The translations under genes and the position numbers were made by a program. A DNA stretch of 55,473 nucleotides, counting the filler, from Circinaria calcarea (Eukaryota), in assembly GCA_051942165.1 (NCBI GenBank). It is 2 parts of 2 records of this genome, joined end to end, with 100 filler letters (N's around TTAATTAATTAA, not from the genome) between each part and the next. Parts side by side here need not be neighbours in the genome. Positions count along the whole stretch, not along the records: positions 1 to 27,707 come from JAVECS010000064.1; positions 27,808 to 55,473 come from JAVECS010000065.1. One strand, written 5' to 3'. Below the pieces are notes generated by a model. That model had not been told where the DNA came from. It saw nothing but the letters and a program-made list of their open reading frames with translations, and searched no databases. This document shows, piece after piece, positions 23,701 through 34,379 of this stretch; positions within the stretch are counted from its first letter, which is position 1; every line of letters begins with the position of its first letter.

Positions 23701-23973
23701 TCAGTATCCAGATGCAATGCCCAAACGCTCGATGACCTGGCGGCCTTCGGTAGCAATGGAAGAGAGGGTAGACATGCCCGTGTTGGCGCAGTCGTGCAGG
23801 ACTATGGTGTGCACGGCAAGAAACGAAGCAGGGAATAAGTGGATCAGCGAGCTCCATGCGCTAGTCGTAGATGCTAAGGTAATGCGGCGAACAAGATCGC
23901 AGGAGAGAGAGGATTTGGAGAGGGTTCCGTAGATTCCGATGCACAGGTTGCAGCCGGTCAGAACATCTGACAT
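23701..23973 (-). pseudogene. Truncated, decayed paralog of the 544-1413 alpha/beta-hydrolase
   Basis: ASTTSAWSSLIHLFPASFLAVHTIVLHDCANTGMS aligns with ASTTNAWSSLIHALPPSFFATHTIILHDCANTGKS. It has a 9-codon deletion (AYQPSLPPP) and a TGA just before the GHSFG nucleophile. Confidence 0.88.
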
Positions 23974-24278
23974 TTCAGATCGTTGGTGTGGGTCGTGCTG
24001 CTTATTGAAGATAGCCACCTTTTTAAAATTGTCAGAATGTCAGCGTGCTTGTGTTACGTCCCTGCAGTATTATACCCCTGCCGGATAAGCCGAGGGGCTC
24101 AAAGCTAAGGGTGACGGCCGCTGACGGAGGTTGCTGTCATGGAGTGTTGACACTGACGAATTGTGCTGAGCCCGTATTCAAGCGCGATGGGTTTGGAGTG
24201 GCAGAAATGCCTTCTTTTAATCGTGCAGAAAACTTCTCACACATACCTCTCTGAAAGAACACAACGCGGCCGGCTATA

Positions 24279-25846
24279 ATGGACTCATTTTCTGACTTCG
24301 TCCGGTCTTCTGGCAGCATTACAGCACTGCTGGTAGGTTGACAGCGACATAGGGGCAAGTAGCTTCAACTGACTTTCCCAAGGTTGTTACGATATGCGTT
24401 GGACGGCCTCTTTACAATCTCTTCATTCACCCTCTCCGATCTATTCCGGGCCCGTGGTATACTCGAGCCTCTGTACTCCCGTTCGTCTTCTGGCTAGCGA
24501 CTGGAGAGCTCGCCAGTGCGACTAGGAGGATGCATGAGGAGTATGGCGAAACGCTACGACTTGCGCCTAACAAGCTGTCGTTCATCAATTCTCAGGCGTG
24601 GCTAGACATTCATGGGCATCGTAACGAGAAGAAGAAGGCTTGGTTCGAAAAAGACCCGACCGTGTACTTGCCACGGTTCAACGGAGCGCCTTCGATCGTA
24701 GACGCCAACGAGCAAGATCATGCGAGGTTTCGTCGTTTGCTCGCTCATGCTTTTTCGGAAAAGGCTCTACGTGACCAGGAGCAGATCCTCCAGACCTACG
24801 TCAACTTGCTCATCTCGAAACTCCACGATCAAATTGATGGTCCGTCAAACGGTCTACTCGACATGGCCGAGTGGGTCAATTTTATGACCTTCGACATCAT
24901 CGGGGAGTTGACTTTCGGGCGCTCATTTAGCTGCCTTGAAAGTGGTGAGCTGCACCCTTGGATCGGACTGTTACCAGGAGCGGCGAGAACGATGACCTAT
25001 TTACTTGCCCTCAAGCACGCTCCAGGATTTGTTTTCAATCTTATTGTGGCTATCGTCATGCCGTTCCTCAACACCCGGAGGGAGCACCAGATGTTCACAA
25101 ACGAGAAGATCAAGGTTCGCTTATCCGACCAGACAGAGAGGAGAGACTTTATCACCCCGATCATCAAGGCCAATGACGAGAAGGGCATGACCTACTCTGA
25201 GCTCGAGAGCTCCATTAATCTCCTAGTCACTGCTGGCAGCGAGACGCTCGCCACATTCTTCAGTGGCGCAATCTACCATCTCTCGCAAAATCCTCAAGTC
25301 ATGAAGAAGCTACGAGAAGAGGTACAAAAGGCCTTCAAAGATGCTAAGGACATAACCATGGCCCTAACTCGAGACCTACCATATCTAAATGCGGTTATTG
25401 AAGAGTCACTTCGCATATACCCACCTGCCGCCTTGAGCTTGTCCCGGATTGTCCCACACGGCGGCGCAAGTATCTGCGGTCAGAACATTCCAGAGGGAAC
25501 TGGGGTCGGCGTAACTTCTTGGGCTGCGACTCACTCGCAAAAGAATTTCGCAGCTCCTGAGGAATATGCGCCGGAGAGATGGCTTGGAGATTTGCGCTTC
25601 GGAAATGACGACAAGCAAGCGTCTCAGCCCTTCAGCTTGGGAGCTCGGAATTGCGTCGGCAAGAACCTGGCGTATGCAGAAATGCGCCTCGTTCTAGCTA
25701 GGCTCGCCTTTGACTTCGATTTCGAGCTGCAACCGGACAGCGGCAAATGGATTGTGCAAAAGCTCTTCACGTTTTGGGAGAAACCACCATTGATCATGAA
25801 ACTGACTAGAGCCCATGAAGCGGAGAAGTCAGAAGCATTTGCTTAG
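24279..25846 (+). CDS. Cytochrome P450 (CYP65-like, Tri11 type), 2 exons
   Basis: MDSFSDFVR...|...YNLFIHPLRSIPGP...TAGSETLA...EESLR...PERW...QPFSLGARNCVG. GT-AG intron ~24333-24382. Confidence 0.93.
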
Positions 25847-26494
25847 CATTTACATCCAAAGATCAATGATCCCGCGCGTCTAACGTTGCCCTTGTGCACA
25901 GTGAAGTTATCCGCGAGACTTTTGTGTGGAGATTGTTATTTCGACGGCCATAACCCGTATATATCAGGGACGAATTCAAATCCATCAAAGACGTAGGAGG
26001 GTACGATTTAGCTTCTTCTTGACGTTCGCCGCGTATTAGTCGACCTGGAGCAAAGTGTCAAGTACTTTGATATGAAGTACGCGTTATTCTCCTCAGTTGT
26101 CGATTTTGGGATATGGACCTTGATTCGTGTTCGTGCTTATATAATTTTCTAAATTTCAGCTCTCCTATCTTCGCCTGCAAGACTGCGAGACTGTAAGGCG
26201 CGATGACTGAAATCACCCTGCAAAGGGTTTATGTAGAGCGATAATGAGTAATATTTCTAACTTTTAAACCCCTTGAATTAGCAGAGAAAGAAATTACAGA
26301 CCTTTTATTTTAATATAAATATATTATACCTAGAACTTAATGCAACTATATTGACTATACCCTGAAACGAAATGAAACAAAGTAAAAGGGTTTAACTTCG
26401 GCGTAAGATTTTCCGAACCGAACCAAAATTTTGCGGTGTTCTCATTCTAGCCGCAAAAATTACCGTATTAGGTTTAGCTTATTACTCGATCAGG

Positions 26495-26575
26495 CCTAGT
26501 TTTTCGCTCAATCGAGTCTAGTTTTCCGCTCAATCGAGCCTAGTTTTAGCTCAATTGAGCCTAGTTTTTCGCTCG
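26495..26575. repeat. ~22-bp tandem repeat CCTAGTTTTTCGCTCAATCGAG, about 3.7 copies
   Basis: Units at 26495, 26517, 26539 and 26560, in AT-rich context. Confidence 0.85.
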
Positions 26576-26614
26576 AATAGGAAAAAAACTATTATATTCA
26601 GCGTAACGTACTAA

Positions 26615-27270
26615 CTTTTATGCTGAGCTTATGCTATTTTATGCTTCTTGTTATACTATGCTATGCTGCGTGCTATGCTATATTACGTGCTCTTTCCATG
26701 CTATACTGCGAGCTATGCTATGCTGCGTGTTCTTTCCATACTATGCTGCGAGCTATGCTATGCTGCGAGCTATGCTATGCTGCGAGCTATGCTATGCCGC
26801 CAGCTATGCTATGCTGCGTACTATACTACGTGCCATTTCTATGCGATGCTGCGTACTATACTACGTGCAATTTCTATGCTATGCTGCGAGCTATGCTATA
26901 CTGCGAGTTATGTTATATTACGTGCTCTTTCCATACTCTATGCTATGCTGCGTGCTATGCTATGCTGCGAGCTATGCTATACTGCGAGTTATGTTATATT
27001 ACGTGCTCTTTCCATACTCTATGCTATGCTGCGTGCTATGCGATGCTGCGTGCTATGCGATGCTGCGTGCTATGCGATGCTGCGTACTATACTACGTGCT
27101 CTTTCCATGCTATGCCGCCAGCTATGCTATGCTGCGTGCTTTCGCTATGCTATGCCGCGTGTTTTCGCTATGCTATGCTCCATGCTATACTCCATGCTAT
27201 ACTCCATGCTATACTCCATGCTATACTTTATGCTATACTCCATGCTATGCTTCATATTATACTCCGTTTC
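26615..27270. repeat. Compound TATGC/TGCTA-based satellite with higher-order duplications, ending in (CTCCATGCTATA)n
   Basis: Low-complexity pentamer array that is open in all three forward frames, so it produces spurious ORFs. Confidence 0.9.
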
Positions 27271-27343
27271 ATAGCATATTTCATACCTATATTATTTTAA
27301 TACCCGCAGCCCGTTAAAGTTAGGTGGGCCGCTTAGGCCCACC

Positions 27344-27707
27344 TGTTATGGCGTGCCCGCCATGACATGCACTAGACCGGGTCAGGAAGGACCGCGGGCC
27401 GGAGGAACCTATACCACCGAAAGTGTTTAGTTGTTATGGCGTGCCCGCCATGACATGCACTAGACCCGGTCGGGAAGGACCGCGGGTCGGAGGAACCTCT
27501 ACCACCGAGGGTGCTCAGTGTGCTCATGGTGCTCAGGGAGATGAGCAGAGTGAGCAGGGTGAGCAGGGTGCTCAGTGTGCTCATGGTGCTCAGGGAGATG
27601 AGCAGAGTGAGCAGGGTGAGCAGGGTGTTATATATAGCAGGCTATTCCCGCTCTTTAGAATAGCATGCTTATAGACCGTGTTCAATAGACTCCATACTAT
27701 TGAGCCT
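27344..27707 (+). mobile_element. LTR-like sequence with a duplicated 5' end, truncated at the contig end
   Basis: TGTTATGGCGTGCCCGCC... (~77 bp) starts at both 27344 and 27432. Internal 57-bp tandem duplication (27508-27621), then a TATATATA box and an AT-rich tail. A TGTTA start is typical of fungal LTRs. Confidence 0.55.
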
Positions 27708-27807
27708 NNNNNNNNNNNNNNNNNNNNNNNNNNNNNNNNNNNNNNNNNNNNTTAATTAATTAANNNNNNNNNNNNNNNNNNNNNNNNNNNNNNNNNNNNN
27801 NNNNNNN
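27708..27807. other. Artificial contig-joining spacer (44 N + TTAATTAATTAA + 44 N)
   Basis: Exactly 100 nt, symmetric, with a six-frame stop linker. Confidence 0.97.
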
Positions 27808-27905
27808 CCAGGCCGATGAGGTGACGGTCTTGATCCTTCATGAGCGCTGTCCTGAGAGTATGTCCTGTCCCCTCTCTTCCGCTTCCCTCCTCCGCCAGGG
27901 GCCAT
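27808..27905 (-). CDS. THO2: 5' end of a gene cut by the contig edge; resembles the N-terminus of THO complex subunit 2 (Tho2/Rlr1) of filamentous ascomycetes
   Basis: Translates MAPGGGGKRKRGDRTYSQDSAHEGSRPSPHRP and stays open to the gap. Recognised from memory of Pezizomycotina Tho2 N-termini (KRKRGDR...RPSPHRP); only 32 codons are visible. Confidence 0.55.
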
Positions 27906-28523
27906 CAGGCTGCGCTCCGGAGAGCAGATCTAAGATATGAGGTGTGTATCGCTCTTGTGCATTAGAATACAAGTATCTCGTAGCTGCCTAGAATTGATTG
28001 GTGTTGACGACAGGAATGTTTGTTCCCTGAGGATTATCGAAATTAAAGCTGGCAAGGATTGATTCTGGCTTTGAGGAAGGGAGTGGTAAGCTGAGGATGT
28101 AAGCTGTATACTCAAGGACAGGGTGGAGGGTGACAGCAATAGAGATGCTGAATTGATGCGGAGGCTTTGGTAGAGTTGAACGGTAGCAATAACACAATCG
28201 ACTGTTCCAAAGATCGTTGACAATAAGAGTGAAGAATAGGCCCAAGAGAGTGACAGGGGTCCAGATCACTAGCGCGGATCGCGAAGCGGGACTCCGGATG
28301 GTACAGTCTGTGGGATGAATGCCTTAGCATCGAGCATGCCCACCTCAAGTCCATTAAATACCTCTACTGCTCTTTACCTTCAATCACTTTGTACTAAGAG
28401 GGCATCAGATGGGTTTGATCGACTGCACAAGACTTCTAAGAGTATCTGACTCTGCTCCATTGTCCCTCGTGCGGGAAAGACTGATTCGGCGGCTGACAAA
28501 CTACCAGCTCCTCAAAAACCAAG

Positions 28524-29674
28524 ATGCCGCTCAAGATTCTTGTATGATAACGAGCAAGTAGCGAGGTGTTGAACTCAGCTAAGGCCTGCATCTGCAGTAC
28601 TGGGCCACCGGCTACATAGGTGGAGATGCTCTATGCGATCGTCCATGCCCACCCCGAGTACGAAATCGCGTGCCTTGTTCGCGATAGTGATAAAGGAGCA
28701 CAAGTGGCTGGTCAGCTGTCGAAGGTAAGGCTAGTGTATGGTGACCTTGACAGCTCGGATTTACATGAGGCGGAGGCTAGGGGAGCGGACATTGTGCTAC
28801 GTATGCATCCTCCAGTAATAAATGGCATTCTGTGGTGTAGCTAACATGTGTAGACTGTGCCAATGCAGACCATGAAGGAGCAGTAGAGGTAATTCTCAAA
28901 GGGCTGGCTGCTCGTGACCCTGATAAACCGGGCTACCTGATCCACACCTCTGGAGCTGGCATTCTCATGTTCATTGTTACAGAGAACCGAATTCTTGGTG
29001 AAGCGTCTACCAAGATATATGGTGTAGGATGGAATTGAAGAAGTTACTTCATTGCAAGATTATGCGTCACATAGACGTGTCGACAAGATTGTACTGGCAG
29101 GGGGAACCAAGTATGGATCCAATGTCAATACCGCAATTCTTAGTCCCCCTTGTGTATACGGGAAAGGTCGAGGATCCGATAATCCATGATTCATCCAAAT
29201 TCACGACTTGACCAAGGCCATACTATCCAAAGAACAAGGGGTTAGGTTGGAGCGGGACAAGCATGTTGGAATAACGTCCATGTTCGAGATCTTAGAGACT
29301 TTAACTGGAACTCGTGGAGGCTGCCGCCAACGATGCAGGGAACTCGTCTTGGAATGGCCAGGCTAATATTTTTCTGAAAACGGTGGACATGGCTGGGGTG
29401 AGATATCCCGAAAAATAACTCCCGAAGCGTACAAGCAGGTTTTCCTTCCGTCCGATCACGTGATTTTAGTGACTGGTAAAGAAGCAGACCAACTGAGAAC
29501 TGTCGAATCCCTCATTTGGGGAGCAAACTGTCGCAGCAATGCTATCCATGCACGTAAGTTGCTCGGATGGACGCCAAAGGAAAGAAGCATGGAAGACGAG
29601 ATTCCAGAGTTAGTCAGCAGCGAAGCTCGGCTTTTAGGACTTGTGAAGGGGTAGCTGCGAAAGTTGCCGGATGA
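28524..29674 (+). pseudogene. NAD(P)-dependent epimerase/dehydratase (atypical SDR), frameshifted
   Basis: MPLKIL|TGATGYIGGD...IACLVRD...LVYGDLD...GYLIHTSGAG...ARKLLGWTP. Frameshifts near 28600-28632 and further frameshifts/stops downstream. Confidence 0.8.
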
Positions 29675-30698
29675 ATTGGTGCATTTCGATATTTTTGTTA
29701 GTTATCTGAGGATGTTAGGTAGGCACAGTGGCTCCACCTAATATATACCCTGCGTGTCAGGGACCCCCCGCCTAGCTCTATTGTACAAATGTACAATGGA
29801 GCTATGCTATGCTAGTAAGCCTGTTCGGGGCCAATCTGAGGGCATATATTCTGGACCACCATGGTAGGCCTGCTACTGGGGCTTTACGACATCTGACTTA
29901 TAGTACTGGTGCTGGGCTGCCGTACATAACAATCTTCTTACAGGCTTCACCGAAATGCTCCAAGAGTCTTCCACACGAGGCGTCAGGAGAAACCAGTGTA
30001 TCAAAATCAGGGCAATGGCATCAACTTACCAATCTGACCTGATATGGCTTTCACTGGTAAGGACAAACAATGGATATTACCCAACTTGACATTGTCTCAA
30101 ATCCGGCCCAGCTCACTATGTGGAACACCAGCATTTTGGCATTGTGCTAGAAAGCATTCGCTTGGGACGAAATAATAGAGTTCGAAAAGCCGTACCTCCT
30201 TCCCCTACTTCATGTACGATATAGAATCGGGGACATGCTCTGTTCTGGAGCGAGAGGTATATGGTGCTTGATTTGCGTACATACGAGACGTTACTCTTAC
30301 GTCTCGTAATATTCTGAAGACTTTCTAGTCAGTTGCATTCGAATTGAATCCTTTTGTGTAGTGTTGATATACTTAATTTTGTATGGGATTGATGTCGAGT
30401 TTCTCAGAATTTCTCTGACTTTCGCTGTCTATCGAAGGTAGTCGAGCACCATCTTCCAAGGCACATTCTGAGGATGTTCCTCGTCCTTGCTGGAATACTC
30501 ATCGAAACATTATAGGCATACTATGCTCTTTACTTATAAGCTACCCCTTCATACTGTTCATACTGTTCTCATCCCAGATTCGTTTCCTCAGAAACTAATT
30601 ATTTCCTCAAACACTTCGCATCTACTCTCGAAGACTTCTGTCTTTATTAATTGCTCCATACTATATTTGATCATCTACTGTCTCTTGACAGAAACTCT

Positions 30699-32882
30699 AT
30701 GGCGCCTTATTCACGCCCGCTCAAGGAGAGTAGCAGTGGTATGTCTTTCTTACAACCATCCTCGAAACGTGCTAGGATACCAGTTGTTTAACGGACTGGA
30801 CTGTTGCTGGATAACTCCTGAACGCTATGCTAATACCTGAGAACCCTATAGGAAGGCGGTTTGCACACTCCGACAAGCAGCCTTTGGATGTCCCATCCCA
30901 AGGGCTCGGTAGTCTTTGTCTTCCGCCACTCCATCTATTCAAATCTCAATTCGACGATATGAATCCATTTGGTAGAGCAAAGTCTCAACCTTTCAACTCC
31001 ATCTTTCTAGCATTGGCTCTACAACGGATGCTTAATATTGAAGATATACGACTATATGTTCTCAATTATCCAGATGAGGTAATCCGAGGCAACATCAATT
31101 CTCCCGTTGTAGGTTGTCCTCCTATTTTCTACGCTGCAGCGCGGAACGAATCAAAGGCAATACAAATGCTTGTCGAGTTTGGAGCAGACCCCAACTCTTG
31201 GTCGGTCACATGGAATGTACCTGTGCTTGCATTCGCCATTTTTCAGGCAGTAGCAGGAAACCAGAGCATGGATACTACCAACATAGTAAAGACACTGCTT
31301 GGTGCCGGTGCCTATCCTACCATGATTCCAAGATCTCTATGGGAAGACTACACAAAAACTCCAGAATTGAGTGAAAAAGCAACAAGAAAAGGCATAGACC
31401 CGTCGTGGTGCAACGCCGCTTTCCGATGTCTCTTAGCTCGTACTCTCAATCTCAGCCAAAGGTACTACCTCTGGAAAGCGAATTCGCTAAAGCCGGCAAG
31501 TGCAAGGACGAAGCAAATCGCACTTGCTTACAACATAATCCCTTTACTCGAGATTCCATTCCATATCATTGGCCAGAGCATTGCCACCGACACGATTCTG
31601 TCCCGTGTCTTTGGCTACCTTGCGCTGAACAAGAAAAAGCCCATGGTAATTGTGTTTGCCGGCCCGTCAGGCCATGGCAAAACAGAACTTGCGAGACAAA
31701 TGGAGACGCTTCTATCCTGTTCGGCTATCACCGTCGATTGTACGGAGATGAGGCACGAGACCGACATCTTTGGGGCAAAACATCCTTATGTCGGTGCGGA
31801 ACAAGGTAGTAAGGTAAACAACTTCCTCGCGGAAAACACCGGTCGGCAGTCGATAGTATTCTTAGATGAATTCGAGAAATCAACAAGCGACGCATGGAAT
31901 GCTTTACTTCTCCCATTTGATTCGGGTATGAGCCCCTTATATCTTTTTTTGCAGTCTTTTTTCCTTCTCGTTCTACCCTCTATCAGCCATCCTCAGGAGG
32001 TCTGCACTAAATCTCTAGGGTCAGCTACCCTCGACTGAATCCTCGGGGTACTCCAAATGAACCTCTGGGGTAGGGTACTCGGATCCAATCGCTGCGGTAT
32101 GATGAGTGAGACCCACCTCACTCTACCCCGCAGCTCGTGGTGTTAGGCATTGCCTTCCTTTATTTAGATTAGCTGTGGCTAACTTGCATTGGCGAGATAG
32201 GAAGCTATCGGGACCGTCGAAATGGTACTACTCTGGATTGCTCAAATACAATCTGGATCATTGCTACCAATCTTGTCGATTCGGTCATCGATCGATTCTT
32301 CATTGATCATCTCCAGAATAAGGATCACAATGTTCAAAATGCTCCTCTGCAAGACTTAGATAGCATGATCAAGAAGCAGTTCGCGGCAACCTTCAAGGTA
32401 AGGCAAGGTGTGCAGGGCTATAATTTTCGCTGACTTCTCCATAGGCGCCACTCACGGGGAGGATCTCAATCGTTGTACCGTTCTTCCCGTTCCAGGCCGG
32501 TGAACAGGCCGTGGTAGCTTCAAAATTCATGCTTGATTTTGCTAGACTTCTTCGTGGACCTATTGATCTGGAAAAGAAGAGATTTATTGGCCACCTCGAA
32601 CTACAATTTGAAAACGACACAGAAGTCGCTAGATTTCTAGCAGAAACCGGCTACGAGCGGGGCCTGGGGGCACGCTCGTTAGCTAGGGTTGTGGAACAGC
32701 TTATCGAAACCCCTTTAGCATACGAATATGTTCAGGGTAATGACGAAATCACTATGGAGATGAACGATGGGCCATTACAAAGATATACTGTGAAAGTCGT
32801 ACGTGGCCGAGACGGGCAGAGGACACTCATTGTGGTAAGAGAGAAGTCGATAACGGTGGTCGATGCCGATGAAGAGCTATAA
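30699..32882 (+). CDS. Ankyrin-repeat + single ClpB-type AAA+ (AAA_2) ATPase, 4 exons
   Basis: Exons 30699-30738, 30852-31925, 32201-32397, 32445-32882 splice in frame. Ankyrin-like PPIFYAAARN...MLVEFGADPN and IVKTLLGAGAYP. Walker A GPSGHGKT, Walker B VFLDEFEK, DCSNTIWIIATN, LTGRI, GLGARSL. Confidence 0.85.
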
Positions 32883-34067
32883 CGCAGGTCGTGATGAGCT
32901 GGCCTATAACCAGAACTCAGGGCAAAGTTATGAGAGATATGGTAGGAGTAGCGTGCAGAGACTTTTACGGTCAGAATAAATGCAACTATATCTTAACTTA
33001 ATTTTGCCTATCCTGTCATGTTGTTGTTATTTGTGCTCTGTGATGAAATGTTTACGGTCACGTTGTGCCTGAGCATTGAAAAGGGATTCTGAATGGGTTG
33101 AAGCTGTCGATTTACTATGGGCTTATGGCCCATTGATGATGGCAATGACCCTGCAGCTTTCCCACTTGAGGCGGAGCAGTAAATGAGTGAATAAAGGCTT
33201 CAAGACACCCGCGGGAATGCTCTGCATATAGCGCGCTGATTCTCAGAGCTTCGGCATGATTCCAGCACTTTCCACTAGATTCCAACACTCTGACTCATCG
33301 CCTAGCACATCGCTACCGCTTCTCTGCGGGGACCGAGTACCCGCAACTGTGATTCGCTGGCAACCAAGTCTCTCAATGACGCGGCCACCATCATCCCTCG
33401 GTGGAAACTATACTATTACATAAACAGCTACTTACATGGTTACATATATATGATATATCTAGGTCTCAGCAATATATGACTCGAGGTTTATGTGTATTGG
33501 TCGACTATCTCGGTGATTAGGATTTACAATCTTTTAAAGGTTTGGGGCACAAGGAATTCATATTGTTTCACTGCCCCTCTACATCTCCCCTTTTTAGCGA
33601 TCTCACTTCTAATTTACATATTTCTTTTAGGACTCTTTGTTGCAGATAACGCTAATCGGCTTCTCTGTCCTAATCTTCCTACAATATTAGCAAGAAGACC
33701 TGGATTCTCGCAGCAGCGACCGAACAAGCCGTCCATCCAGAGGCGGGTATAAGAAAAGACCGATATAGTTGTTCCGATTCTCAGCGCTTCATGATCATAA
33801 AAGCCTGAGAAGGCTCAGTGTTGTCCCTTCGATACTTTGAATAGACGCATCTAAGAGCAACATAGACGGGAAACACCTTCGTGCCTTATGTTTCTAAAGC
33901 TAAAAACAAGAGTACGACTTCCTCGAAGACGGCATCGCCAGGTGACCGCAGGCCTGGGGTGATTGAGACATAATAGACCTTAAGGAGATCGATAGGTTTG
34001 AAGGTTGCCTCCTTGTTGATAGGTACGACAACCTCGTTTGCGCTTATGTATTGGTAGAAGTTAACGC

Positions 34068-34379
34068 ATGATATTGAAAACATCAATAGAAATATTAGCA
34101 ACAGCTTCCAGGCAAAAATCTCGGAGTGGGTTTGCGAAAGGGGTGTACGGTCTGCTAGTTGAAGAATATAGAATTTATAAGGAGTCAAGCGCTATTGCGA
34201 AGTCGAATATCTCCGCTGCCAAGCCAAGGGTGATGATCAGTAAGACGGCATGGAACATAATGTTAAATTATGGATGGGTACCGGGTACCGGCCTAGGACC
34301 ACATGGCAATGGCGCGTGAAGATTCATAAAAATAGTGGATCTCATCCTTAAATCACACACTCGCCTAGTTTTGGGATGA
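34068..34379 (+). pseudogene. Decayed G-patch-domain gene fragment
   Basis: KTAWNIMLNYGWVPGTGLGPHGNGA*RFIKI...RLVLG matches the G-patch pattern (hhxxxGWxxGxGLGxxxxG) with an in-frame stop. Confidence 0.55.

Larger units (their letters stand above)
544..25846. other. HR-PKS / thiohydrolase biosynthetic gene cluster (7 intact genes + 1 pseudogene), probably for a macrolide or medium-ring lactone polyketide
   Basis: HR-PKS, trans-acting releasing hydrolase, 3 P450s, BBE-like oxidase and an alpha/beta-hydrolase lie together as three divergent gene pairs plus one single gene. Repeat-like DNA bounds both sides. The left boundary may extend beyond the window. Confidence 0.85.

Noticed and set aside
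26620..27317. Three overlapping 200+ aa Cys/Tyr/Ala/Met-rich ORFs
   Set aside because: Artefact of the TATGC satellite lacking stops in forward frames; there is no protein-like complexity.
26495..27621. 22-bp and 57-bp repeats as a CRISPR-like array
   Set aside because: Units are directly adjacent with no unique spacers, the context is eukaryotic, and there are no cas genes.
27752..27763. TTAATTAATTAA palindrome
   Set aside because: Synthetic six-frame stop linker inside the N spacer.
32030..32180. Intronic box C/D snoRNA (ATGATGA near 32099)
   Set aside because: No downstream box D (CTGA) within the intron.
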